A DNA stretch of 28,269 nt from positions 1-28,269 of the IMG/VR virus record IMGVR_UViG_3300038829_000034; one strand, 5' to 3'. Below are positions 15,986-24,923 of this stretch, piece after piece. The position numbers and the translations under genes were made by a program. How positions within the stretch are numbered: position 1 is the stretch's first letter; every line of letters begins with the position of its first letter. The notes beneath the pieces are model-generated. The model was not told the origin of the DNA and did not search any database. It was given only the letters and a program-made list of their open reading frames with translations. This stretch comes from a virus (Duplodnaviria > Caudoviricetes).

Positions 15986-17783
15986 CGGTTGGGCCTCCTA
16001 GTGTGAGTAACCCTCGGGACTCATACACCGAGGTCGTGGTGATGTGCCGCATCGCGCGATCGAGCGCGAGCAAAATGCCGATGATGCCGTCGATCTTCCC
16101 TTGACTGCTCGCTTTGTCGGGCTTCAGATTGCCGGCCGGATCTTCCCGCACCGCCACGTTGTTCGCCATCCACTTGAGCACGGGATGCCCGCCGTGGTGC
16201 AGCCGCTTTTCCAGCAGCCGCCGTTCAAACTCCTTACAGGGCCCCGCCATGCTCATGAAGCCCATGCCGCAGGCCGCGACCGTGAGGCCCTCATCCGCTA
16301 ATTGCATCGAGAGCTGATAGCCCTGGAACAGCCGGTCGACGGCGACTTCTTGGATCTGAAACATCTGCGCATCTGCGAGGATCTGCGCTTTGACAGCGTC
16401 ATAGTCGATCGCGTTGCCTGGCGTGGTCATGAGCCAGCCGTCACGAGCCCAGGCCTGGTATTGATCGGCGTAGGGATTCCTCCGTCGATCGGGCGCATCC
16501 TCATCGGCCTCTTTGTGCAATCGCGCCTCCGGGCACCAGAGCCGCGGGAGGATGGTCACCTGGTCCTGGACGACCGGATCCGGAAACAGCAACACCCAGG
16601 CGGTGAGGTCCGAGACGCTGGAAAGATCGAGCCCGCCATAGCACAACCGACCGCGCAGCGATTCTTCGTCGATCGGCGGGCCCGCGTTGGCGTCCCAGAG
16701 GAGCATGTCAATCCAGCGCGTGACCTGCTGAGTCCACCTGTTCAACTCAAGCCTGAGGAATGTATTCAGGAAGCCTGGCAGTTTTGCGGCCTTCCGTGCG
16801 TTGTCACGCATGTAGTCAAGCTTCTTACTCACCCCTAAGTTAGGGTTCGATTTATACCAATTGCGTTCGTCCTGCCAATTGTCCCCCTCATCCATCGCGT
16901 AGATGGTGGCAAAGAACTGATCGTCCTGCACGATTCCGCGCAGCACTTGCTCGGCATAACAGTGCAGCTCCCAGGAAATAGACGCCTCGGTTTGATCGGT
17001 TCCAGCGGTGGTGATGGAGAAAATCAGCGGTTGTTGGCGCGCGCCTGTCCCTGTCGCAATGACGTCGTAGACGCCCCGGTTGCGATGCGCATGCAGTTCG
17101 TCGATGATACCGCAATGCACATTCAATCCGTCTAGCGTGTCTTCATCGGCGCCCAATGGTTCATATTTCTGGTTCCGGTCGACACGGCTCAGATTGTTCT
17201 TATAGATCTGAATAAGATTAGCAAGATTGGGAGTCGCCCGAACCATGCGGGTCGCTTCGCCATGGACGATGAGCGCCTGCTCCTTTTTCGTGGCCGCGCT
17301 ATAGACCTCCGCCCCCGGTTCTCCATCGGCAAAGGCCATATAGAGCCCGACCCCAGCCGCCTTGGTGCTCTTCCCGTTCTTCCTGGCCTCTTCATCGTAG
17401 ACCGTGCGAAATCGCCGCGTGCCATCCTCACGCAACCAGCCGAAAATCACCCAGATCTGAAACTGTTGCCATGGTTCAAGCGTAAACGGCAGGCCGGCCC
17501 ATTCGCCCTTGCTGTGCTTGAGATAGGAAAAGAATTCAATAACCCGCTCGGCCTTCTCCTGATCGAACCGCAGGCCACGGCTGGGCCCCTCGCGCAAATC
17601 GTCGACCTGGCGCTGCACCGCCAGACGAATCAATTCCCCGGCAATGACCGTCCCATCGAGCACGCCATCGATATAGCCCTGCACCGTCTGCGCGATCGGC
17701 GACAGCAGCGGAGGCGGCGGGACGCTCTTGCGGCGCCGGCGAGTAGTGGACGGTTCTGTCGTCACGGTAGGTTGCATGGTCAA
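15963..17783 (-). CDS. terL: Terminase large subunit (cos-type, Terminase_1)
   Basis: LEPWQ, Walker A ARKNGKST, Walker B IIDELHAH, ITTAG, nuclease GGLDLSSVSDLTA, KIDG. Confidence 0.96.
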   Translation of the reverse strand: MTMQPTVTTEPSTTRRRRKSVPPPPLLSPIAQTVQGYIDGVLDGTVIAGELIRLAVQRQVDDLREGPSRGLRFDQEKAERVIEFFSYLKHSKGEWAGLPFTLEPWQQFQIWVIFGWLREDGTRRFRTVYDEEARKNGKSTKAAGVGLYMAFADGEPGAEVYSAATKKEQALIVHGEATRMVRATPNLANLIQIYKNNLSRVDRNQKYEPLGADEDTLDGLNVHCGIIDELHAHRNRGVYDVIATGTGARQQPLIFSITTAGTDQTEASISWELHCYAEQVLRGIVQDDQFFATIYAMDEGDNWQDERNWYKSNPNLGVSKKLDYMRDNARKAAKLPGFLNTFLRLELNRWTQQVTRWIDMLLWDANAGPPIDEESLRGRLCYGGLDLSSVSDLTAWVLLFPDPVVQDQVTILPRLWCPEARLHKEADEDAPDRRRNPYADQYQAWARDGWLMTTPGNAIDYDAVKAQILADAQMFQIQEVAVDRLFQGYQLSMQLADEGLTVAACGMGFMSMAGPCKEFERRLLEKRLHHGGHPVLKWMANNVAVREDPAGNLKPDKASSQGKIDGIIGILLALDRAMRHITTTSVYESRGLLTLGGPTDGETPGA

Positions 17784-18058
17784 CCGAGCTGCCTCAGATC
17801 AGGCCTGGAGAATGAGGCTAAGAACGGGTTGATGACCGCTGACACTTTGGCATAGTCCTCTAAGGTTAGACGACCAAGCGCTTCCCGTGAAAGTCCCAAT
17901 ACCGATGCGAAAAATATCTCTCCAAACACTGCGGCATTCCCCAGTGATTCACGATTGGCCCGCAAGAGATGCAGCGCCAGAATCGGCGTCTCAATGATCA
18001 GTTCATCGACCATGCGCCCGCCGTCATCGATTGACGTATCCAGCTTAATGACGATCAT
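17780..18058 (-). CDS. Mu gp41/P2 gpE-like tail assembly chaperone-like protein (92 aa)
   Basis: IKLDTSI..GG..VDELIIETP...GLSREALGRLTLEDYAKV..VINPFL pattern; GGAGG RBS before ATG 18058. Confidence 0.5.
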   Translation of the reverse strand: MIVIKLDTSIDDGGRMVDELIIETPILALHLLRANRESLGNAAVFGEIFFASVLGLSREALGRLTLEDYAKVSAVINPFLASFSRPDLRQLG

Positions 18059-18494
18059 GCAAGGCCTCCACATCTGACGTCCGTATCCCTCGGATCTCCC
18101 CGGTCTCACGATGCACAAACCAATAGCTGCAGCGCGGCAGGCCGTCGATGTCGGCCGGTGTCAGCGGACTGTCCGAGCAGGTCTGCGGCTTCTCTGCCTG
18201 AAGCCCGCAGCGATCGCCGTCCAGCTTCGGGCAGGCCATCAACAGCGGCCCGCGAATCTGAAACACCGGAATCCCGCCGAGCTGCTCGACTCGCCCAATC
18301 GGCTCACCGAAGCGCACCCGGCCATAGGCCTCATCGGCAAGCGGTACCCCGATAGTGATGAGGTTCGTCGCCTGCCGGCAGCAGTCCCCGCACTGGTTGC
18401 ACTCGCCCTGCCGGATCCAGTCAGACCCCGTCGCCTGCTCCGCTCGCTGTTCTTCGGTCATCCCATTCCCCTCCCTGCAGACGTCTGCACTCAT
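18045..18494 (-). CDS. YkgJ-like cysteine-cluster (CxxCxxCC) Fe-S/Zn protein
   Basis: CNQCGDCC...CPKLDGDRCGL...KPQTC..P; start at 18494 (ATGA overlap) or 18461. Confidence 0.75.
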   Translation of the reverse strand: MSADVCREGNGMTEEQRAEQATGSDWIRQGECNQCGDCCRQATNLITIGVPLADEAYGRVRFGEPIGRVEQLGGIPVFQIRGPLLMACPKLDGDRCGLQAEKPQTCSDSPLTPADIDGLPRCSYWFVHRETGEIRGIRTSDVEALHDRH

Positions 18495-19051
18495 TGACGT
18501 TCCTTCGGCAACTGGATCGGCCCGGCCCATTCTTCCCCTGGATTTCCAATCATCCACGTCAACGACCCAAAACGCCAATATCCACCATAAAATATCAACG
18601 CATACGGGCGTGCTGTTCTATCTGTCCGGTACATGTACCATTGAAAATCTTTCGCGTCAGGCCTCTCCTTCGTCCACGTCAGGGTGAGGGCGGCGAGCTG
18701 GGCTAGGAGCTTGTCGATATATTTCTCATCGCTGACAATTCGATCTCTCCACGTAGAGCGATGCATCAATATGCCATCGTTCGGACAGAGCGGAACTGTG
18801 TCTGTGTTTGGCCCTACCGCCCCTGATTGAATATAGAGAACTGTTAGTACTTGCACGCAGGAACATTGCGAGCACTCCCATGAACCAGGAATATAGGTCG
18901 CCGCATCCCGCTCCTCCGTCATCGTGGCAAGTTGCTGCTCCAACTCAGTCACGCGAGCCTCGGCCTTCTCGGCTCTACAGGCCATGCAGTTCCCATAGAC
19001 CGTTTCCCAATAGGTATTATGCTTGCCACAGGGTGAATTTAGATTCGTCAT
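18491..19051 (-). CDS. Hypothetical protein with coiled coil and Cys pairs (186 aa)
   Basis: ATGA overlaps at both ends; CMAC and CSQC motifs; C-terminal WAGPIQLP. Confidence 0.6.
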   Translation of the reverse strand: MTNLNSPCGKHNTYWETVYGNCMACRAEKAEARVTELEQQLATMTEERDAATYIPGSWECSQCSCVQVLTVLYIQSGAVGPNTDTVPLCPNDGILMHRSTWRDRIVSDEKYIDKLLAQLAALTLTWTKERPDAKDFQWYMYRTDRTARPYALIFYGGYWRFGSLTWMIGNPGEEWAGPIQLPKERQ

Positions 19052-19404
19052 GTCGTCGCCTCGCTGTGAGCGTGGACAAACTCCGGATGCTCTTGCCGCC
19101 ACTCCTCCCAGCTCTCGTCGGTCAGCTTCCACTGGATCCACTCCGGATGATCCGGCTTGGCCGCGAAGGGCTTCCTTCGCGCCTTGCACCGCTCACAGAG
19201 CATCGGCAGCCGCTCAGACATCAGCCGATGCTTCTCGCAGAAATAGAGACCGCAGCCACGATCTCCACCGTAGGGCTCGCCACCGCAGACATAGCTCAGA
19301 CCTCGATCAATCTCTTCGGTGCATCCAGGATGATCGCACAAGGCCGGCACGCCATAGCCAATGTCACGCTGCCATTTGTCGTCATATCCGATTGACCATC
19401 CCAT
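19048..19404 (-). CDS. Cys/His-rich phage protein (MGWSIGYD..RDIGYGVPALCDHPGC)
   Basis: Probable Zn-binding pattern seen in phage accessory genes; clear RBS. Confidence 0.7.
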   Translation of the reverse strand: MGWSIGYDDKWQRDIGYGVPALCDHPGCTEEIDRGLSYVCGGEPYGGDRGCGLYFCEKHRLMSERLPMLCERCKARRKPFAAKPDHPEWIQWKLTDESWEEWRQEHPEFVHAHSEATT

Positions 19405-19416
19405 CCTGATTTCTCC

Positions 19417-19899
19417 CTATCCCAACAGCCTGGCCATTCCAGGCAATTCAGGCTGCTCCTCGTCTGGCAGTTTTTTAACCCGCGTATGCGCCACGGGAGA
19501 CGCGCCCAGCTCGGCCAACGCCTGGTGATACGCCCGACGGGCCCGATCGCGCATCCCAACCGCCGGGTGCTCTCGCAACATCGTGCCAGACTTCCCCGCC
19601 GTCTCGTAAAAATCACTACCCGCCGCCTCGAGTACAGCTGCCGCCCGGCGCATCTGACTGAACGCATCGACCGCCACCAGCACCATACCGGCCGACGCCG
19701 GCGAGAGAATCGGCGCGAGCGTCGACACGAGCCGGTCCCATTCACGTGAAGCCTCTTTATCGAGACCGCGGGGCTTACTGAGCTTCGAGCGGACGAACGG
19801 CGCATCCGATTCGAACGGCGACGCCGGAGAGGTCGACCGCTTCCCGGGATTGCCGGTCAACAATTTCATCGCGAGATCTTTTGGCTTACGACCCTTCAT
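19417..19899 (-). CDS. terS: Terminase small subunit (P27 family)
   Basis: MKGRKPK...LTGNPGKR, P..L...A.REW, EHPAV, ELGASP motifs; GGAGG RBS before ATG 19899. Confidence 0.9.
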   Translation of the reverse strand: MKGRKPKDLAMKLLTGNPGKRSTSPASPFESDAPFVRSKLSKPRGLDKEASREWDRLVSTLAPILSPASAGMVLVAVDAFSQMRRAAAVLEAAGSDFYETAGKSGTMLREHPAVGMRDRARRAYHQALAELGASPVAHTRVKKLPDEEQPELPGMARLLG

Positions 19900-19959
19900 G
19901 CGACACCTCCAAACGCGCCACCGGCGCAACCGTTTCACCGTTCATTATCAGTCTTCCTG

Positions 19960-20055
19960 CATCTTTTTGTTTTCCAATTTCGCGGCGGCATATCGTGAGG
20001 GAAGACAATCGGTCTAGAGTCAAAACCCCTAGAGATTCGACCCCCCTACCCCCTA
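19960..20055. other. Probable cos packaging region
   Basis: Non-coding gap between HNH and terS; minus strand reads GGGGGTAGGGGGGTCGAATCTCTAG...AGACCG...CGCGAAATT, as in HK97-like cos regions; exact cut site not determinable. Confidence 0.55.
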
Positions 20056-20394
20056 TTAACATTGCCGTCGCTCCCTCGCTGTCTTTTGCTTGTGACAGAA
20101 CCCACAGAGAGGCTGCAGGTTGCGTTCGCCATCCGTCCCACCCTTCGCCCTTGGAATCTTGTGATCTACGTCCGTGGTGGGCTTGCCGCACTTGCAGCAG
20201 CATGGATGGCGCCGGATGTAGTCCTTCCTGAACTGTTGCCACTTATATCCATACCCGCGAGACGTCGAACTCCCGCGCCGATCATCGTACAGTCTGACCT
20301 CCGGTACCGGCCTCGCCTTGCGCTGATGCGTGGAACACGGTCCAATCACCGGACATCCGGAGAATGAACAGGGTCTTAACGGCAAATTCGGCAT
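20056..20394 (-). CDS. HNH endonuclease (HK97 gp74-like terminase cofactor)
   Basis: RGYGYKWQ, CCKC, VDHKIP..GG...NLQPLCGFCHKQKT motifs. Confidence 0.92.
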   Translation of the reverse strand: MPNLPLRPCSFSGCPVIGPCSTHQRKARPVPEVRLYDDRRGSSTSRGYGYKWQQFRKDYIRRHPCCCKCGKPTTDVDHKIPRAKGGTDGERNLQPLCGFCHKQKTARERRQC

Positions 20395-20407
20395 ACTATC
20401 TCCCTCA

Positions 20408-20704
20408 TCACGCCGCTCTGGACTCTGCGACAACGATCGTCTCGACTCCCTGTAGTACGGGCCAGATCTGCTCTGGCTCCCAGCCCCACCAGCCCATCGA
20501 TGGATAGGCGCGCTGCATGCCTTCTAGCCATTGCGCGAATAAATCAAAGTCGTGGGCTTGCGCGGGATAATTGCAACATCGGGCATGCCATCGACAGTAG
20601 TGATCTTTCCCGTCGAGCGTCGTACTCACCGGCATCTGACAGGCGTGATTCCACGGACAGAGCCGCCACGTTATGCCGGTCGTGGGATTGATGATGGTCC
20701 GCAT
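20408..20704 (-). CDS. Hypothetical Cys/Trp-rich protein
   Basis: AAGGAG RBS; packed in the operon. Confidence 0.6.
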   Translation of the reverse strand: MRTIINPTTGITWRLCPWNHACQMPVSTTLDGKDHYCRWHARCCNYPAQAHDFDLFAQWLEGMQRAYPSMGWWGWEPEQIWPVLQGVETIVVAESRAA

Positions 20705-20706
20705 CG

Positions 20707-21084
20707 TTACAGCTCTTTCCCGACCAATCGGTTGATTTGCGCACGCACCTCATCGGGCATTGGAATCAATTGCGGCGCCGGCTGTGGGAGGGCCTTGATA
20801 TACTTTCCGTTGATGTGCTGCAGCGCCATCCGCAGCTCATGCACGCTCGGCCACTTATCGCCTTCCGCAAAGCGGGCCGCCACATCCAGCCACGCATCGC
20901 CCTGCGCCCATCGCAGCTTGCCGTAATAGAATTCCATCTGCGCGGATGCTTCCGCGCTCGCGACCAACTCCTTGGTCTGTGGATCCTCCACCAGCCCACG
21001 ATACCGCCACCCCCACGGCTGCAGCAGCAGCAGCTTCCAGCCCTTTGCGAATAGGCCCATCGGCATGGCGTATTGATCGCTCAT
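20707..21084 (-). CDS. Putative replication accessory protein (helicase-loader position)
   Basis: ATGA-coupled directly after the initiator; KWPSVHELR motif. Confidence 0.45.
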   Translation of the reverse strand: MSDQYAMPMGLFAKGWKLLLLQPWGWRYRGLVEDPQTKELVASAEASAQMEFYYGKLRWAQGDAWLDVAARFAEGDKWPSVHELRMALQHINGKYIKALPQPAPQLIPMPDEVRAQINRLVGKEL

Positions 21085-21959
21085 AGCAAATCCACCAGGC
21101 TTTTCGATTGGATCTTCGGCTGATCGAATCGACTCAGCGCCTGACGACCTGTGGCCCATTCGGTTCGCAACTTCTCGGCGTCCTGCAGCAGCAGATTCAC
21201 CGGGTGCATTTTCTCGGCATACCAGCTCGATCGATGCGTGACGTAGAATGCCGCCACCAGCGGAGACTCATCCACCCCGAGCTTATCGACCAGCTTACAG
21301 AGCATCGCGCTCACCGTTCGATTCCGCACCGGATCGACCCTGTATCGCATCCGATACGCCTCCGCGTAGGCCGCATATGTCGCCGCACTCTTCGCCACCG
21401 GTCGCGGCAGGTCGATGACCTGCCCGACATCTTCCTGTTCCTGTTCCTGTTCCTGTTCCTGTTCCTGTTCCTGTTCCTGTTCCTGGCTTCGGAGGGGCTT
21501 GGAAGGGGCTTCGATGGGGCTTGGCGAAGGATCAGGATCAGCGCACGCCGGTAGACAAAAACTCACCGCGTAGAATCTATGAAACAGCTTGAAAAACTTC
21601 GTGTTTTTGTACTGCAGCAGTTCCCGCCAGATGCCCTTGCAGCGTTTATCTTTAGGGTCCAACTCTTCATCAATCTGAAAACGAGCCATTTGGTAGACCC
21701 AAATCACCTCAGACACCTCGTCGTAGTCACAAAACTGGGCTTCGAAGAGGCTTCGAAGGGCCTTCGAAGCCCCTTGCAAGCTCATCCCTGTTTCGTGGCA
21801 GAGCGTCGGCATGGGTAGATAATAGAGGCCGATCATATTGGCGGCCGGACAGGTCATCACGTAGATGGCGATCACCTGTGCATCCCGCCCAATCTTGCGT
21901 ATTTTTTTACCCGTCTCACCCGTCCAGAACGTCGGAGCGACTCGCCCATAATCACGCAT
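21081..21959 (-). CDS. Phage replication initiator protein (lambda O-like role)
   Basis: MRDYGRVAPTFWTG..ANMIGLYYLP wHTH-type N-terminus, QE-repeat linker, internal iterons; start 21959 overlaps the upstream stop. Confidence 0.8.
   Translation of the reverse strand: MRDYGRVAPTFWTGETGKKIRKIGRDAQVIAIYVMTCPAANMIGLYYLPMPTLCHETGMSLQGASKALRSLFEAQFCDYDEVSEVIWVYQMARFQIDEELDPKDKRCKGIWRELLQYKNTKFFKLFHRFYAVSFCLPACADPDPSPSPIEAPSKPLRSQEQEQEQEQEQEQEQEQEDVGQVIDLPRPVAKSAATYAAYAEAYRMRYRVDPVRNRTVSAMLCKLVDKLGVDESPLVAAFYVTHRSSWYAEKMHPVNLLLQDAEKLRTEWATGRQALSRFDQPKIQSKSLVDLL
21432..21485. repeat. Perfect hexamer tandem repeat (TTCCTG)x9 encoding (QE)9
   Basis: Direct reading. Confidence 0.95.
21484..21527. promoter_or_regulatory. 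Iteron cluster 1 (4 x 11 bp, consensus GGGCTTSGAAG); probable origin
   Basis: tggcttcggag gggcttggaag gggcttcgatg gggcttggcga inside the initiator gene. Confidence 0.65.
21737..21780. promoter_or_regulatory. Iteron cluster 2 (4 x 11 bp, core CTTCGAAG)
   Basis: gggcttcgaag aggcttcgaag ggccttcgaag ccccttgcaag. Confidence 0.6.
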
Positions 21960-22378
21960 CAGTTCATCCCCACCCCAGTTGGGCGAGGCCACTTCGCCTC
22001 GCTTTCCACCAGTTTCACCGTGAGATCAGCCACCTGATCGGCGAGTTGCATTCTGACCGCCAGATTGTCGCGCTGAGCCTCGGCATAGCCAGCGTCAGAC
22101 GCGCGCAAGACAGACAGTTGCGTTGAAAGGCTCTCAATGCGCACGGCCAACTCCTGGATCTTCGCCTGACCTGTCTTGTGCTGTGCACGGAGGACGGCAT
22201 CGCTGGCCAGGATGCGCCTCATGGTCGCCCGCTGAATCTCGGGGTTATGCTCAACCGTCAGATCATGCACGAAAATTTCCATGGTCTCTCGCGTCATCGG
22301 CTCATCGCACGTTCCATCATCGTTCACCGCTGTGCGCGACTTGTCATCGTCGATATTTTCAAGCGGACAATCGCTCAC
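21959..22378 (-). CDS. Hypothetical coiled-coil protein
   Basis: Overlap-coupled on both sides; heptad-like C-terminal half. Confidence 0.6.
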   Translation of the reverse strand: MSDCPLENIDDDKSRTAVNDDGTCDEPMTRETMEIFVHDLTVEHNPEIQRATMRRILASDAVLRAQHKTGQAKIQELAVRIESLSTQLSVLRASDAGYAEAQRDNLAVRMQLADQVADLTVKLVESEAKWPRPTGVGMN

Positions 22379-23025
22379 GCCAGCTCCTTCTCTGCTTCAG
22401 CCATCGCCCAGTTCAGTTCGGCCATGGCCGCATCACTTCCGCCACAGTCAGGATGCCGTTGTTTGCTCAAGTCCCTATAGTCGGCTCGCGCACGATCGAG
22501 CGAAACACCTGCATCCTCCTGGTAGCCCATCACCGCCCGCCAGGTGTTCGGCGCCGGGAGCGACAGAAAGCCGCTGAAGGCCCGCTCCATAATCACGGCC
22601 CCGCCATGCCGCTCGATCGCCCGCATGGCACCGAGGGTTGCCGCAATCGCAGCCAGGTTGTCGGCAATGCGGGTATAGAGATCGATCGCGATGACCTTGT
22701 GATCCGCCTCCTTGCCCTTTTTCCAATAGACCGCGACTCCTGGATTCTCCGGTTCCTTCTGACTGGAATACGGCAACCCGTCCAGCCGCACCTTGAGATC
22801 CGTCGAAATGATCGCATCCCCTTCGCGGACCCCCATCGACCTGAGCTGCTCCAGGACGCGCTTCGTGCCCTCTGAGATGGTCACCTCGCTCTTATTCGAC
22901 CATGACTGGTACGTCTCGCCCGTACCGCTGGATCGCTGAATCCGCTTCGAAAACTTAGCGGATCGGCGCTGCCCAGGCTTCGTGCGCTTCCAGCCGTTAG
23001 GCCAGGCGAGGGGATAGTTCGTCAT
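22375..23025 (-). CDS. Phage J-domain (DnaJ-like) protein
   Basis: N-terminal YPLAWPNGWKRT; C-terminal J-domain with RHPDCGGS...MAELNWA. Confidence 0.85.
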   Translation of the reverse strand: MTNYPLAWPNGWKRTKPGQRRSAKFSKRIQRSSGTGETYQSWSNKSEVTISEGTKRVLEQLRSMGVREGDAIISTDLKVRLDGLPYSSQKEPENPGVAVYWKKGKEADHKVIAIDLYTRIADNLAAIAATLGAMRAIERHGGAVIMERAFSGFLSLPAPNTWRAVMGYQEDAGVSLDRARADYRDLSKQRHPDCGGSDAAMAELNWAMAEAEKELA

Positions 23026-23987
23026 GCCAATACCCCTGGAAATCCCCGCACGCGCAGATCCACCGGAAACGCTTTGATGTTGGACCCTTTGCGATCGATC
23101 CGTCCTTGTAATGCTCGTATGTCGCCAATGAATCGCTGGCCGTCTTCCATCGTTGGCTTGTTCGGCATTGTCGACTTACAGAAGGCCCCCAACTGCTTCA
23201 CGAATACCGGCACGCCTGCTTCCTGGCACTGATCCTTGATCGACCGAATCCACGCCAGGTCACAGGGCCGCGCCCTTGGTCCGCTTTCGCCCCCGACGAC
23301 AACCCAATCAATATAGCCATCGCCCCCTCGGTAACTGGGCGATGGAGGACCAGGAGCGGGCATCCATGAACGGAAATCCGATCCAGACTTCCAACGAATG
23401 TCCACCGGCCCCAGCAACGGCTCGGCACTCACCCACCGCACCGCCGCGGGCGTTTGCAGGAGGATCGGAATCCGCTCGTCCGCCGTCGCCTGATCCTCGA
23501 CCGAGACGCCGAGCCAGACGTTGGATAGAGGCCACTGGCCTGACTCAACTCCGCGATCAGCTGCCAAGTGAAATATCCGTCCGCCCGTCGAATTCTTCCG
23601 CATGAATTCCAACATACGGCCAGGCCTTTTCGTGAGCACCTGATAGGTGTGCCGAGGAGATCTAGCCATAACGACAAATACTTTTTCGATGAACTCATCC
23701 GGCACATCCCGATGAAACAGATCGCTCATCGAGTTCACGAAGATCTTGCGCGGCTTCTTCCAATGCAACGGCTCGTCGAGCAGCCATGGGACCGTCTTCA
23801 CAGTCCCGATCCAACTCGGCCCATGCTGACCGATCATCGTCAGGCCCTCGTAGGGCTGCCCTGGCCCGCTAAACCGGTGCGCCTGCTTCATGGCATAGCA
23901 ATTCCGGCACCCGGCGCTCACCAGCGAGCAGCCCCGCACCGGATTCCACGTCACGTCCGTCCATTCGATCGAGGACTTCGCGCTCAT
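23022..23987 (-). CDS. Gp37Gp68 / DUF5131 family protein
   Basis: SSIEWTDVTWNPVRGCSLVSAGCRNCYA, IFVNSMSDLFH, QVLTKRP, SAEPLLG, WVVVGGESG, FVKQLG. Confidence 0.92.
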   Translation of the reverse strand: MSAKSSIEWTDVTWNPVRGCSLVSAGCRNCYAMKQAHRFSGPGQPYEGLTMIGQHGPSWIGTVKTVPWLLDEPLHWKKPRKIFVNSMSDLFHRDVPDEFIEKVFVVMARSPRHTYQVLTKRPGRMLEFMRKNSTGGRIFHLAADRGVESGQWPLSNVWLGVSVEDQATADERIPILLQTPAAVRWVSAEPLLGPVDIRWKSGSDFRSWMPAPGPPSPSYRGGDGYIDWVVVGGESGPRARPCDLAWIRSIKDQCQEAGVPVFVKQLGAFCKSTMPNKPTMEDGQRFIGDIRALQGRIDRKGSNIKAFPVDLRVRGFPGVLA

Positions 23988-24562
23988 GGTTTCAACCGCT
24001 TGAACGTGATCGCCCAGACCCAGGGGTTTGCGTCCCAGGAGCAAGCGCCGTTGATGGAGTCCCAGAGCGCCGCGTATTGCAACTGGGCCCTCGTAAGCCG
24101 TTTCTCTCTAAGATCGCATTCGCCTTCCCACAGGGAAGCACCCTCGGCAATCGCATCCTCGCTGCTACAGTCTTGCAACCGCTCTATGCGAACATTCGTG
24201 ATCTCCAGCCGGAGGCGGCAGGCCCATTTCGGCATGAAGATTGACGGTCTCCATGTAGCATTCCCGCTTTCGATCACATCCAAGAGATTCGCCTTATACT
24301 TCACGTCCTCTATGCGTTGCTGATATTCATATTCACGGCCTCCGACAACTCGCCACGTCTCCCGCACCCACAGCCGATCACCCACTGCCCCGAACGGACA
24401 CAGTGCGGATATTTCGCCTGCGCCCAATTCATTTGCAGATAGTTCGCACCCAAAACTACGGTCAATTAACGGCGATTTCACAATCCTCCGCGTCTGCACC
24501 TTTGAACCGTCAAGGATTGCTTGCACGTTGCCCGGCGTGAAAAGGATCGGTGTTTCTTTCAT
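23984..24562 (-). CDS. ASCH/PUA-like phage protein
   Basis: MKETPILF....VQAILDGSKVQTRR, CPFG..GDRLWVRETW, WRPSIFMP, NPWVWAITF. Confidence 0.8.
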   Translation of the reverse strand: MKETPILFTPGNVQAILDGSKVQTRRIVKSPLIDRSFGCELSANELGAGEISALCPFGAVGDRLWVRETWRVVGGREYEYQQRIEDVKYKANLLDVIESGNATWRPSIFMPKWACRLRLEITNVRIERLQDCSSEDAIAEGASLWEGECDLREKRLTRAQLQYAALWDSINGACSWDANPWVWAITFKRLKP

Positions 24563-24750
24563 GCCATCTCCTTCAGTAAGGCCAGCGCCTCGCCCACTGC
24601 CGCCAGATGCGCCGGGCTGCCCTTGGCCGTGTAATAGCCCAGCATCACGCGCTGGCGTATCGCGACAGGCAGGCTCGACCAATGAAACGGGCAGGCCAAC
24701 TGCGAATCCTTCCGACTCTCCGGGCATATCGGCACAGAACAGGGCTTCAT
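24559..24750 (-). CDS. Small Zn-binding hypothetical protein (MKPCSVPIC...ACPFHW..LP)
   Basis: GGAGG/GGAG upstream of ATG 24750; the frame is also open back to 24927. Confidence 0.55.
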   Translation of the reverse strand: MKPCSVPICPESRKDSQLACPFHWSSLPVAIRQRVMLGYYTAKGSPAHLAAVGEALALLKEMA

Positions 24751-24923
24751 CGATCTCCGCCTCCCGCGTGGACAAGGTCGGGGCCGGCATGAGCGGTTGG
24801 GTGACCGTTCCGGCCACCGCCTCGCGTGTTCAGCTCGGCCAGCGATCGGATCGCCCGCCGCACCGTCCCTGTTTGTCAATCGGTACAGGGCCACCACTCT
24901 CACGTGAGATCGATCGGCGCCGC

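Noticed and set aside
19886-20242. 118-aa ORF spanning HNH to terS
   Set aside because: It overlaps the HNH gene out of frame and crosses the probable cos region.
22945-22961. Partial in-window match (ct-cg-aa-ct-ag-gg with 1-nt gaps) to the start of the array B code
   Set aside because: Only about 10 of 22 positions match and the match fails afterwards, which is plausible by chance. A full self-target scan could not be done by eye.
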